In this document: piece by piece, positions 12,625 to 25,001 of the stretch
How positions within the stretch are numbered: position 1 is the stretch's first letter
How the letters are laid out: every line of letters starts with the position of its first letter
Assembly: GCF_004010195.1 (NCBI RefSeq)
Contig: NC_057719.1
Coordinates: 56,183,297 to 56,239,970, forward strand
Direction of reading: 5' to 3'
DNA from: Chiloscyllium plagiosum
Taxonomy: Eukaryota
DNA: 56,674 nucleotides
Translations under genes and position numbers: made by a program
The notes under the pieces: model-generated
Databases searched by the model: none
Told to the model about the DNA's origin: nothing
Seen by the model: the letters and a program-made list of their open reading frames with translations, nothing else

Positions 12625-12890
12625 AGAGAATGGAAATAAGATTCACCAGAATGTCAGGAATGAGAGACTTTAGTTATGTCAAGGGACTAAAAAATCCAGA
12701 GTTCAATTTAGATTGGAGGAGTTTGCAGAGCAATTGGGATTTTGACGGATTAATAAGGGGAAATTATTGTAATTGGTAGCTGGGTCAGTGACCAAAGGAT
12801 ACAGATTCACAATATTTGGCAAATGAGGCAGAAGGGGGATGAGGATCTTTTGTTTTACACAACGCATTTTAATAATCTGAAATGCTGAAG
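12625..12890 (+). mobile_element. Old CR1 3' ORF2 fragment
   Basis: agattcaccagaatg...ggaatgagagactttagttatg...aaggatacagattcac, a degenerate CR1 C-terminus. Confidence 0.6.
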
Positions 12891-12939
12891 CTGAAAGTGT
12901 AATGGAGGTAAATTCAATATCAAAATATTCAAAATGAAA

Positions 12940-15130
12940 ATGATTGTCAGTGATAAAAATTCATCTGGTTCACTAATATCTTTACCTTGTCTGGTGTACA
13001 TGTAACACCAGCCACAGCAATGTGGTTGATTTTTTACTGCCCTCAGGAATGAACAAACCTGCCATTTAGCCGTATCAAAAGTATGGAAAAGCTTAAAGAA
13101 TGGAATGCATCTGGACAATCCATCCAGCATTGAACCAGAAATGGCAACAGCACACAAATCCCTCTTGACGCTGCAAAGTCCTCCTGACTAAGAGCTGGAA
13201 GTTTCTTCTGAAATTAGGATAGCCCTCTCAAAGACTTGACAGTCGTGCTCATGGAACAATCCATTACAATGTACCACACACCACTATCGCCATCCACATT
13301 CATGGGTCTGCCCCAGCCCACCCCCAAGATATCCTGGAAAATCCTGGAATTCCCTCCCTACCGGCATTGTGAGTCAACCCACAGCAAGTGGACTGCAGCG
13401 ATTCAAGAAAGCATCTCACCACCACGTTCTTAAGGGATGGGCTATCGATGCTGGCCCAAGTTCCACAAATGAATTTTAAAAAATATTCCCCAGAGATAGC
13501 AACACAATAATATATGGTTAGGGAGGGGTTTGGGGAGGTGGAGGGAGTGAGGGAGGAAAAGTGGAGGGTAGACCCAATATGTATCATGGCATCAGGTCAA
13601 GCATAAACAAGGAAATCCCCTGCTAGTTATCACATAATACCCTCTTGTATCCTCTTCTATACTCCATCGTGTTGAACACCTCTTGGTGGAAAAACTGAGG
13701 GTGTCAAGGTGACACAATGTACTCTAGGTGGGGAACTTCAGTGTTCATCACCAAGAGTATCTCAGTAGTACAACTACTAACCAAGGTGGCCAGGTCCTAA
13801 ATGATATGGCTGCTAGACAGTGTCCACGGTATATGGTGAAGGAAACAACAGGAGGAAAATCTCACCAAACTACTAGTGTCTGTCCATGATAGTATCAGCA
13901 GGCATGTCCATCACATGATCACTGTGAAAACAAAATCAACTCTTCACAGTGAAAATATTCTTAATTGTGTTGAGTAGCATTTCCAATATAGTGAATGATG
14001 CAGACTTCAAACAAGTCCAGCAACTCATAACTGGGCCTTTTTGAGGCACTGTGGGCCATCAGTAGAACTGGATTAACCCACAATCTATAACTTCATGCCC
14101 AGGCATATCAAGGCAGGAGATCCAACTTGGTCCAATAAGAGTGCAACACCAGGCACCCTAAAAATGAGACGTCCTGATAAAGTTACAAGACATGTGCAAA
14201 CTTGTGCATCAACATGCAATAAATAGGGCTAAGCAATCCCATAACCGTCGGGCCAGACATGAACTTTGCAGTCCTGCCACAACTAGTTATGAACAATGAA
14301 GAGGAGGAATACGCTCCACAAATGATGGGGGAACCCAGCACATTAGAGCAGAAGACTAGCTAGAATGTTTGTATCCATCTTCAGCTAGATATGCCAAGTG
14401 GATGATTCACCTTGGCCTTCTCCTGAGGTCCCAGCACCATGGATGTCTGTCTTCAGCCAACTGAATTCTCTTCATTTCATATCAAGAAATGAATGAAGGC
14501 ACTGCATAATGCAAAGGCTACAATTGTGACCACACTCAGACAATTGTACTGAAGACTTCTACTCCAGAACAAACCCAGCTTTTCCAGTGCAGGTACAATA
14601 TTGGCATCTATCAGGCAACCCGATCAATTACCACCCCATCAGTCTACTCTCGATCATCAGTAAAGTGATGGAAGGTGTCATCAATAATGCAATCAAGCAG
14701 CACTTGCAAAGTAATAACCTGCTCAGTATTGTGGGAAAACACTCCATTGGTTGGAGTTATAGCTGTCATGAAGAAAGAAGGATGGGATTGTTAGAGGTAA
14801 ATCATCTCACTCCACAGACATCAATGTAATAAGTTCCTCAGAACAGTGCCCTAGACCCAACCATCTTCAGTAGCTCTATCGTTGTCCTTCCCCTCTGTCA
14901 TAAGGTCAGAATTGGGGATGTTCACTGGTAATTTCACAAATTCAGCACTATTCATGATTCCTCAGACACATCCAGACAAAACCCAGGTTTGTGCTACAAA
15001 GTGGCTCGCAATATTTGCCCCACTCAAATGCCAGGCAATGACCATCCGAAATAAGAGAGAATCCAACCTTCACATCTTAACTTTCACTTGCATTATCATT
15101 GCTGAATCCCCCAATATCAGCATCCTGTTG
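12940..15130 (+). mobile_element. LINE family B, second copy (head core, endonuclease, RT), fragmented; a separate family-B 3' tail lies at ~13340-13480
   Basis: Core ccacagcaatgtggttga at 13012 and aaagtcctcct (EN start) at ~13175. ORFs NYHPISLLSIISKVMEGVIN (14587-) and SELGMF...KCQAMTI (14882-) are RT-domain remnants. Confidence 0.75.
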
Positions 15131-16399
15131 TTCAATCCTGGAATCATAATCTCATATTGGACACTGTGTCTTTAGTTTTGCAAGCGTGAGCTGGTTGAGT
15201 CCTGTCAGTACCCTGCAAGTTGCAAACAGCTGAAGGGCTGTTTGATCTGATCCACAAATGTTTGAGTCTTCAGTCCATATACTTTGAATCATACGGGTAC
15301 TGTGGTCCATGCACCAGTTTTAGTCATTAATCAATTTTCAGCTTAATTATGAGTTTCTCAAAATAATAAAAATAAACACAATCACATATCTTCAAGAAAT
15401 AAGCAAAGTCATGGCCCAGCTAATTAAGTTATGTTTAGTGTAAACTGCAGTGCACGGGTATTAGATTGTATTTATTGATTAGTCTGTCACTAAAGGACTG
15501 GTAATTGTTTCTGCAACTTCCAGCTAGGCTGTGTTGACTGGAAATAGTTATTAATTAGGTATTCAAGTACAATGAGTGTCATTTTGATTGTTTGGTTGTT
15601 TTCGAATGGTAGCTGTGTTTGAATTGGCTAATGAGGTTGACTTTACTGTTTCAATGGAGTTTGAATAGATTGTCCAAGTGAAAGATTTGCAAATGTTTGT
15701 GAAAACAAATCTGAATAGTATGTCTCATTTTTTGGTGATAGTTTGGAACGAATTCAACTGTGCGATGCACTCTTTAATCTGAGATCCGCATCACACAGAA
15801 CCCTAGTCCTCCAGTTGATGAAGTTTAGACAGCTTGGATCTGTAATGTAACCTGAATAATAGAACTGTTATCATTCAACTCTATACAGCTGGAGAAACAA
15901 TAGCCTAATGATAAATACTGGAAATACTCAACAAACCCAGCAGTATCTGTGGAGAGAGAAACTGAATTTATGATGTAGAAGTGAGCCTATTCACCAACTG
16001 GAGAGCCAGAAACAATCTCACCATCAAATTGCAATAAAGGATGAGCCAACTCCTCAAAGCTGCCTACAAGCCTGCTCAGTTTTCCCTCACAGCTTGCTCA
16101 CATGATGACTGTTCCTGCCAGCCACTAGTTGAACATCTAGAGCATTCGCGTGGGCCTCGGATTACTAATTCAATGTTATTACCACCACATTGCCATTTCA
16201 TTCTAATTTCTAAATGCTGTGATCCAATGGTCATCATTCCACAATTAAACTATTGTGTGCCATATATGTTATACCCACCCTCAATCTGTAGGGCCACACC
16301 ATCTGGTTTACCAGCATCAGACTAGTTATCTTTCCACGACCAACAAAGCAGATTGGATAATTTAAAATCAATTAATGAATCCAAAATATAAAGTCAATT

Positions 16400-16640
16400 T
16401 CGGTGTGGTGTCCTTGAAACTGTCATCAATTATTGTAAAAACTGATTGGATTCATTAATGTCATTTAAGTAAGGAAACCTTCACTGATCTGGTTTATGTG
16501 GCCAGTGGTTCCAGACCCACAATAATGTGGTTGACTCTTAACTTACCCTGAAATGGCCTTAGCAAGCTATTCAGTTCAAGGGCAATTAGAAATGAACAAC
16601 AAATATTGGCCTTGCTTTCATGTCCACAAAAAATAAATGG
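16400..16640 (+). mobile_element. SINE-like element: family-B head core joined directly to the family-B 3' tail
   Basis: ccagacccacaataatgtggttgactcttaacttaccctgaaatggccttagcaagctattcagtt|caagggcaattag...aaatattggcc. The core matches 11575-11643 and the tail matches 47710-47770 and 50369-50420. Confidence 0.7.
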
Positions 16641-16742
16641 CACTAATTTAAAATATTTCTCATGGATACACATTTAAAGAAAATAATCATAGCTCAAGCA
16701 TAAAATAAAATGCAGTGATTAGATTTAGATTAACAGGATACA

Positions 16743-17262
16743 ATTTAAACTTTATTGCTGGAACAGCACAGCAGGTCAGGCAGCATCCAGGGAACAGGAG
16801 ATTCGACGTTTCGGGCACAGGCCGAAGAAGGGNNNNNNNNNNNNNNNNNNNNNNNNNNNNNNNNNNNNNNNNNNNNNNNNNNNNNNNNNNNNNNNNNNNN
16901 NNNNNNNNNNNNNNNNNNNNNNNNNNNNNNNNNNNNNNNNNNNNNNNNNNNNNNNNNNNNNNNNNNNNNNNNNNNNNNNNNNNNNNNNNNNNNNNNNNNN
17001 NNNNNNNNNNNNNNNNNNNNNNNNNNNNNNNNNNNNNNNNNNNNNNNNNNNNNNNNNNNNNNNNNNNNNNNNNNNNNNNNNNNNNNNNNNNNNNNNNNNN
17101 NNNNNNNNNNNNCCTGCTGAACACTCTCTGCTCATTCCTGAAGAAGGGCCTGTGCCCGAAACATCGAATCTCCTGTTCCCTGGATGCTGCCTGACCTGCT
17201 GTGCTGTTCCAGCAATAAAGTTTCAACTTTGATCTCCAGCATCTGCAGACCTCACTTTCTCC
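16743..17262 (+). mobile_element. P1 Penelope-terminus element with inverted termini spanning an assembly gap; 14-bp TSD
   Basis: Near-perfect inverted arms either side of the N-run (16833-17112). TSD ATTAACAGGATACA at 16729-16742 and 17263-17276. Confidence 0.9.
17134..17169 (+). ncRNA. Minimal hammerhead ribozyme motif (predicted; cleavage triplet decayed from GUC to AUC)
   Basis: AUUC-CUGAAGA-A-GGGC(CUGU)GCCC-GAAA-C-AUC-GAAU, with a perfect stem I AUUC/GAAU. Confidence 0.6.
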
Positions 17263-17839
17263 ATTAACAGGATACAGTCAAACCTCAGCTAACTTTCATG
17301 TAAACACAGTAGCTCATTTTAGAAGTCTAATCTCACTAATTCACAATATATATCTTTTGGTTAAGTGTCATTTTTGATTAAACTTAAGTTCTTAGGGCTG
17401 TTCTTCAAAGCTTTACCAATCAGTTATGTATATAGGTTATGGAAATCCTGATTTAAACATGTTAACCTTTTTTTTAAATTTTTAATCTTCAGCACATTGA
17501 ATAAATTCAATCTGCTACTGAATTTCAGCCATAGACTACATATTTTAGAAATCTAATTACTCATGTAAAGTGTAGTTTTTTCCAAGATCAAAACACAATG
17601 AATGTTTGAAGAGGTTGCGGCACAAAGATTATCCAACTGACTATTTTAAACTGTGCCATCGAAACATCGATTCAGGTGCAATGTTCTCTCGTAAATTTGT
17701 TATGTCTTAATCATGATTCAGACAAATTTTAACTCCATTGATTAATTCACAAAGGAAGATTAGCATTATTTGTGAAAAATCATTGTAAACATTTAGATTA
17801 TGAAGATAAAACACAAGAATTTCTAATTAAAAAACTGAA

Positions 17840-18650
17840 ATTACAAAGACTAACACATAGCAACAAGATTAAACCATTCAGCCCCTCGAGCAAGTTCCAT
17901 CATTCAATGAGATCATGGTTGTTCTGTGGCCTAACTCCATACACATGCTTTTGGTTCATATACGTGCATACCTTAGTTTAGCAAAACATTATCTATCTCA
18001 GATTTAAGATTAATCCAGCATCTACTGCTACTTGTGAGAGTTCCAAACATCCTCCACCATTTGTGTGTCGACGTGTCTCTTAACACCTCTCTTGAATGGT
18101 CTGACCCTAATTCACAGACAATTCCAGAATCCCTAACAATTGGGCTATTCTGTCTTTTCCAGTTAATATTTTGAAGACTTCAATCAGATCATCTTTAACC
18201 TTCTAATTTTGAGAGAAAATAGGCGTAATTTGTATAATCTCTCCTCAGAACTTAAACTCTGAAGTCCTGGTAACATTCTTGTAAACTAACATGGTACTCC
18301 CTCCAAGGCCAGTATATCCTTCCTAAGGTGTGGTGCCCAGCTCTGCTCACAGTATTCCAAATGGTGTCTAACCAGGGTTTTATATAATTGCAACATGACT
18401 TCTGCATCTTTGTACTCCAGTCCTCTTGATATAAAGACCAGCATTCCATGAGCTTTCTTGATTATTTTCTGCTTGTTTGAGACATTATAATGATCTGTGT
18501 ACATGAACCTGCAAGTCTCATTGGACATCCACTGTATTTAGCTTCATACCCACTAGAGAATACTCTGATCTACTCTTTATCAGCACAAAATGGACAATCT
18601 CACACTTGCTTACATTGATCTCTATTACCACAGTTTCATCCATTCACTTA
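17840..18650 (-). mobile_element. CR1 LINE 3' end (another subfamily)
   Basis: ORF 18286-18528: MLVFISRGLEYKDAEVMLQLYKTLVRHHLEYCEQSWAPHLRKDILALE, a CR1 ORF2 C-terminus. Confidence 0.85.
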
Positions 18651-19907
18651 CAGTAAATTTCTAAAGATATTAATAGATTATCTACATGTCCATAATGCCA
18701 TGTGACATGCAACCAAATAAAAAAACACCAGTTTTGAAATTCCATTTCCTCATTAGACTGAAAAATAATGTTAGAGCTTTATTATTTAATACATCAGACA
18801 TTTTTCTATCGTGATGTGAGAAATTATTTATAAATAATTTATCCAAACACATGGTTCAGTGAACTGCTCTTTATGCTAAGTCGTTAGTGGTTTTCCCACT
18901 GTAAATAAATCAATTAAAAATATTGCCATTATGCTGGAATTCAGACTATTCAAAATTTGAAAAATCTCCATAAGATGTGCAATAGAAAAGGAATTTATGA
19001 TTATTACATCAAATTCAGAATTTAGCAGGAAATCAGGACATACTTTAAATCCTGTCACACTGTTCACATTTCATTTGATTTTCCAATACACATGCTCTAA
19101 AATGGTAGCACTACGTTAACAGCTTTACCTGAAGAATAATTTTACGTATTTCATTTATAGAGTCATAGAGTCATACAACATGGAAACAGAGCATTCAGTC
19201 CAACCAAAACGAAATCCTCTGCACTTCTCTACTGTCTTGTTTTTCATGTGTTTTTGTTTGTTGGGATTAAGTGGAGATAATTCAATGCTGGAATATAGCT
19301 CAGTTGTTAATCACTTTTGCAACTTATTTTAAAAATTTTTTGTTTATGATAAATCAATTTTTGAGTTAATTAGAGAAACTTAGTGAAAGTCTCTTTTGTT
19401 CTTGGCCATTTTGTGGATTAAATTAAAACAAGTAAACCATTGGTATGTCTTGAGAATTTTATCCTGGAAATATGACTTTATTTAAAATTATTTCCTATAA
19501 ATAGATTCTCAAGTGTATAACAGGTATGAATCCACCACAGACTGATGTGACATTTGATAAGATGACAAACCCATCACTGACTTTGCCCTTGACCAGAATG
19601 CCCCGTGACGTGACCCTTGACAGTAAACCATATAGGTCAATGCTTGGTATCCCGGCAACAAATACATTGTCTTAATTCAGCAGACCACTATGCCAGTCAG
19701 CCATGACAGCAAACTAAAGGGTAACTACTGGGCCATCAGGATGATCTCATGACCAAATGGCTGATGACTCCAATGTGCACGTGCACAGCATGCATACAAT
19801 GACTACCATGCTGTTGCAAGTAATGCTACAGATCAACATACTACAGAAAAACTTTGACTGCCCAGACTCAGCAGAATAGATGTCAAGAGTTTTGGTCATC
19901 TACTATA

Positions 19908-20205
19908 TGTGGCACGGTGGTTAGCACTGCTGCCTCACAGCACAGAGATCCGGGTTCAATTCCCGCCTTGGGCAACTATCTGTGTGGAGTTTGCACATTC
20001 TCCCTGTGTCTGCGTGGGTTTCCTCTGGGTGCTCCAGTTTCCTCCCACAGTCCAAAACAAAAATGTGCAGGTTAGGTGAATTGGCCATGCTAAATTGCCT
20101 GTAGTATTAGGTGTAGGGGAATGGGTCTGGGTGGGTTGCTCTTCAGAGGGTTGGTGTGGACTTGTTGGGCCGAAGGGCCTGTTTCCACATTGTAAGTAAT
20201 CTAAT
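19908..20205 (+). mobile_element. HE1-type tRNA-derived V-SINE
   Basis: tRNA-like head (ggcacggtggttagcactgctgcctcacag, B-box gggttcaattccc), V-domain gtgtggagtttgcacattctccc...gggtttcctc, and a tail (ttgggccgaagggcctgtttcc) shared with CR1 family A. Confidence 0.9.
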
Positions 20206-20954
20206 GCTGTAGAACCTCACCATCATGAGGAGAAAGTATCCCCTCACAATGTACACCTAAGAAGCAGAACTGAGAAAATTGAGGAAAAATAAGAGAAAAC
20301 CTAGATAGTCTGTTTTTGCAATGGCTGCCCAAGTGCGATGTTAGTAATCACAATAGTTCCACATCTTACTGACTATGTCCCTGAGCATTCCAGCACCTGC
20401 TTGCAAAAATACAAAGAAAACCCAGCACAAAATAAAAATTATGAACAAAATTTATAAAGAGAATCATCTCGCAATGGAGTCCAATGCAGACCTTGGGGTC
20501 ACTTTCTCTCTCATAGCGCCTTTGTTTTCAGGTTCCCAGGTCAGACCTACGTCCTGCATGATGGCTAGCGTCTACTCCAGTCACAGCGCCCTTTTGGATA
20601 ACAGGTGCAGACTAGCTTTATTTGGCACAAGCAAATTGCAAACCTGGCATCCCTGCTGATCTACTGGTTACAAGCAGCAATCATTCAAAAACTTGGCAGC
20701 ACAAATTTGGCAACCTGTCTGCACTACATTGAATGAGCTCAGATTAATCACACATAATAATCGCTCCGCACTTCAGGGGCTATCCAATTTAGCCTCTGTA
20801 TTCTTTTTGCTAATTTATTTAGAATGTGTACAAAATATTTTAAAAAAAGAAATAAAAATATATCTATCAGGGTCCAAATGTAAATTCTTACATTTGGACC
20901 CTGATAGAAAGTGACACCATTTATAGGTTGACAATGTAATTCATTAATTAGCAG

Positions 20955-21036
20955 ATTCTGCTGCCTGTGCCTTTTCCAGCGCCACACTTTATCGACTCTG
21001 ACTCTCCAGCATCTGCAGTCCTCACTATTCTCCTAG
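20955..21036 (+). mobile_element. Truncated P1 terminal repeat (3' tail only)
   Basis: ctgtgccttttccagcgccacactttatcgactctgactctccagcatctgcagtcctcactattctcc matches the P1 tail. Confidence 0.75.
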
Positions 21037-22254
21037 ACTTTGTCCAGACCTACAGTTCTAACATCCACCTCTGAGTTCCCTACCCAGTGGAGAGAATGGA
21101 AATATTTGCATAACCATTGTGTTAAAAGTTTTCTAATTAAAGGTATCATAGTGTGATTGAGAAAATCTCACCAAGATTTACATTTTTGGTTCTTCAGAAA
21201 CACAGAAATGGAGAGGAAATATGGTCAATATTCTCCATGAGTCTCTGACTCTTATCCTGAAGGTCTACTGAGAGAGGTGAGGGACTGCACTGAGGAAGCC
21301 TCTCACAACGACTGGAGGAAGAGATTAATCTCTCCAACTGGAAATGACTGACGAAGTCCACAGCAGGTGTGGGTTTTCTACCTTGGAGAAAATGTATTAA
21401 AGGGAATTAAGGTCCACAGGAAAGCATGGCAGGTAAGTGGCATTAGCATTTGCCTAGTCTTCTTCTGCTCACCATACAGCTCCATTCATTCCTCGCTTTA
21501 AAGGCATACCATAAATCCATCTAAGCAGCTCACACTTCCAATTCTCCTCAACCAATTGTCTTTTCACACCTGTGTCTCACAATAATTCTCATTCTTCTTC
21601 CACCCTTTCTTCTCAAACATTTATACCTCTCCGCCTTCTCACATTGTAATAGCAGAGAGCACACATTGTAGCAGAAGACAGAGACTGAGGAGGGAATTGA
21701 TGGGATAATGATCTTGGTAAGTGTGTGGATGCGCTTGGATGGCCTCAAGTGATAGGCATCTTATCAACCACACACAATAAGTATTTTCTTGCAGGAAGTC
21801 ACAAGTGTCAGCCATGACCTGACTTGACAACCTGAGACTTCTCTGGGTCTCCCAATCCTGTGATGTTGACCATGGAGTGTAGCAAGGCCCAAGACAGCTG
21901 TTTGAGGAAATGCTAAACATCAGGGCTGAGCTCATTGACCAAGGTGGTCAATACTCAGAGTAGCTGATCTGGTGCAGACCATTCCCGGTAAACAGCCACT
22001 GATTGCTGCTATTCTGAACAATGGCAATTGTTGGCCCATTATGGTTGCCAGAATCAGTGATGCTCCTCTTTCTTTCTGTCTTGTTAACCTCATCCTCTGG
22101 ACAGTTCTGTCCAAGGTTGCTCGACCTGCTGTACCTGCTGAATTTCATGTGATAAAAAATGGCTCTTTCCACCACCACCTTCTGCCAAGATCCACTCCCC
22201 AAAGCAAGCTTCCTGCAAGTGTGTCAGAAAACAGTGCAATTATGGGAAAAAGTA

Positions 22255-22730
22255 TGACAATGTGTGACAGAGTGAGAGAGAGAGAGACAATGTGAGTGAG
22301 CATGCATGAGAGAGTTAAAGAGGGAATATTAATGATAATGAGAAAGAGAATGCGAATGAGCTTACATGAGTAAGTATGCATTTACGACATAATAAGTGAG
22401 TGTCAATAAGTGAATGAGTGTTCACTGCCACAGAAGGCTGTGGAGCCAAATCATTGCGTATATTTAAGATGGAGGTAGTTACCGGGACAATGTGGTTGAG
22501 AAACTTATCAGCCATGATTGAATGGCGGAGCAGACTCAATGGTCTGAATGGCCTAATTTCTGCTCCTGTGTGGTCTTATAGTATGTGTGAGGGGAATGGT
22601 GAGAGAGTGATAGAGAGTGTGAGGAAGTATGTCAGTCAGAGTGTGAGGAAATTAGTATTTTAACAGAATGTGAGTATGAATAAGTGGGTGTGCCAGAGAG
22701 ACATAATGTGAGTAAATGACTGAATGTTAT
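22255..22730. repeat. Low-complexity GA/GT-rich tract with an embedded CR1 tail (~22420-22580, +)
   Basis: gtgagagagagagagacaatgtgagtgag... is low complexity. agccatgattgaatggcggagcagactc matches the tail at 45909-45983. Confidence 0.7.
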
Positions 22731-22881
22731 ATGAAGTCAAATCCTGCTCACAAACTGAAGCACGAACACACCCACTGCTCCCCCGCTGAACACAAGCTCC
22801 ACACAGCTCTGACTTGGCGTCATGACAATTTTCAAATTTCCAAATGGGGTCACTGTTGGGCAAAATGCTTGGATAATCAGA

Positions 22882-23078
22882 ATTTATACAGTGTGGAAAC
22901 AGGCCTTTTAGCATAGCCAATTCACCTGACCTGCACACCTTTGGATTCTGGGAGGAAACCCACACAGACATGGGAAGAATGTGCAAACACCACACAGACA
23001 GTCGCCAGAGGCTGGAATCGAGCCTGGGACCCTGGTGCTGTGAGGCAACAGTGCTAACCCCTGAGCCACTGTGCCACG
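22882..23078 (-). mobile_element. HE1-type V-SINE, internally deleted
   Basis: Reverse complement: gtggcacagtggctcaggggttagcactgttgcctcacagcaccagggtcccaggctcgattcc...gtgtggtgtttgcacattc...ggcctgtttccacactgta. Confidence 0.9.
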
Positions 23079-24399
23079 TGATGTTTTCAGAAAAGATTCA
23101 TAATGGCAACAAAAAATGAATCCCAGTTTAAACAACCTTAGTTACCCAATTAGTCAGAAACGTCTATTCAGTATAGATATGCACAGATATTCAGGATGAT
23201 TTGGTAGTTATAAAAAAGTTAAAGGACTGAATGGTGTACCAACTTGTGGCTTGGTCAGGGGAAACAAATTTAGTTTTAAATTCAACCACTTCCAAAGTCT
23301 TTTCACTTTTATAAGTATCAGAGTGAAGGAAGCCATTTTAATACCTAACATCTGACTACCTGTAGACAAGTTCATATTCAGTAACTTTTTAAACTATATA
23401 TTGGTTTCATGTAAAAAGTCAGTAATGAAAAAGATATGAAACAATGAACCTCAACTAAGTTATGTTTAGTGAATTAATGTTATAGGTAATTGTAATTAAA
23501 AGGACTGGACTTTTTTTTAATTAATCCTTTAGAAACCTACTTGTTTCCAGAAACTGCAAAGCTAAAAAAGATTGTTTAGACAAATAGAATTTTATAACTT
23601 TTAAAAACTACATTTTTCCAAAATACAGCTCAAGAATAAAACTCATCTAGCACCCTATCATGATCAGCAAGAACGCTGTTCTCTTCTGCAAGCTGTCTTT
23701 TTGAACTACTGTACCTCGTATTAACTAAATATATTAATTGAAGGTTATTGTACTAATTAGTGAGCAATCAGCAACAGATTAAGTTGTGAACCGTAATTGA
23801 GTTACAATGAATGAATCAATAATGAATGTCATTATATTAAAAAGACTGAGTTTTACTTTCGATACAAATATAAAACCTTAATTGCTACTTATGTAAAGAA
23901 TGTGCAATTAAAATGAATGCTTTGGCAAGAAAGACATACAAGCTCTGATTAGTCCCAAAATTTAAAACTGTAAAAATAACAGATTGTATAGAATCAGATA
24001 AAGAGTTTATATGAAACATTTCTATTGTATTCCTACCGACATTAATAAAGGTATGTTGTAAAAATAAATGTGGGATCTCCACTTAAATTATTGCAGTAAC
24101 AAAATTAGCTCATTATTACCACAGATCCAATTTTGATGTGAAGTAATGGTCACTTTGGGGATAAAAGAACAGGTTGCAAAGTTCTTAATTGCTAGCCAAG
24201 CCCTGAAGATATCTCAAGGCAGAGAACAACTATCAAAGGAGGAGATTGCAAGCTTCATACAGCCACAGACTGCAGACCTACTTGAAGTTGTAAACAGTCC
24301 TTGTCTTAAAGTTGTTAAGTATATCTACTTAAACAAACTGATTTTAAAACAGTCTGGAGATTTCTAATTTTGCCTTAATTGATTATAGTCTTCTTCAAA

Positions 24400-24905
24400 T
24401 TGTTGGAATATTGCGTGCAATTCCGATCTCCTACCTTTCGGAAAGATATTGTGAAACTTGAAAGGGTTCAGAAAAGATTTACAAGGATGTTGCCAGGGTT
24501 GAAGGATTTGAGCTATAGGGAGAGGTTGAATAGGCTGGGGCTGTTTTCCATGGAGCGTCGGAGGCTGAGGGGTGACGTTATAGAGATTTATAAAATCACG
24601 AGGGGCATGGTGAAGTCCAGAACTAGAGGGCATAGGTTTAGGGTGAGAGGGGAAAGATATAAAAGAGACCTAAGGAGCAACCTTTTCACTCAGAGTGTGT
24701 ATGGAATGAGCTGCCAAAAAAAGTGGTGGAGGTTGGTACAATTGCAACAAGGCATCTGGATGGGTATATCAATAGGAAGGGTTTGGAGGGATACGGGCCA
24801 GTTGCTGGCAGGTGGAACTAGATTAGGTTGGAATATCTGGTCGGGATGAGTTGGACCGAAGGGTCTGTTTCCGTGCTGTACATTACTATGATTCTATGAC
24901 TCTAT
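24400..24905 (+). mobile_element. CR1 family A, 5'-truncated 3' end
   Basis: LEYCVQFRSPTFRKDIVKLERVQKRFTRMLPGL...; ends in the ctatgattctatgactctat tail. Confidence 0.92.
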
Positions 24906-25001
24906 ATCAAAGTAAATTGAAGTTGGGTGTGGCTGACATCAATTAAGTTATAAATAATAAGATCAGATGATGTAAATATTAAGAAATTCTTCGACTGATA
25001 A

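Noticed and set aside
16687..17226. Long ORFs crossing N-runs (also 26856-27566 and 44541-45837)
   Set aside because: Their lengths are artefacts of translating assembly gaps. Only the flanking TE-derived parts are real.
19908..19975. tRNA gene
   Set aside because: The tRNA-like part is a SINE head that continues into the V-domain and LINE-like tail, with no complete cloverleaf.
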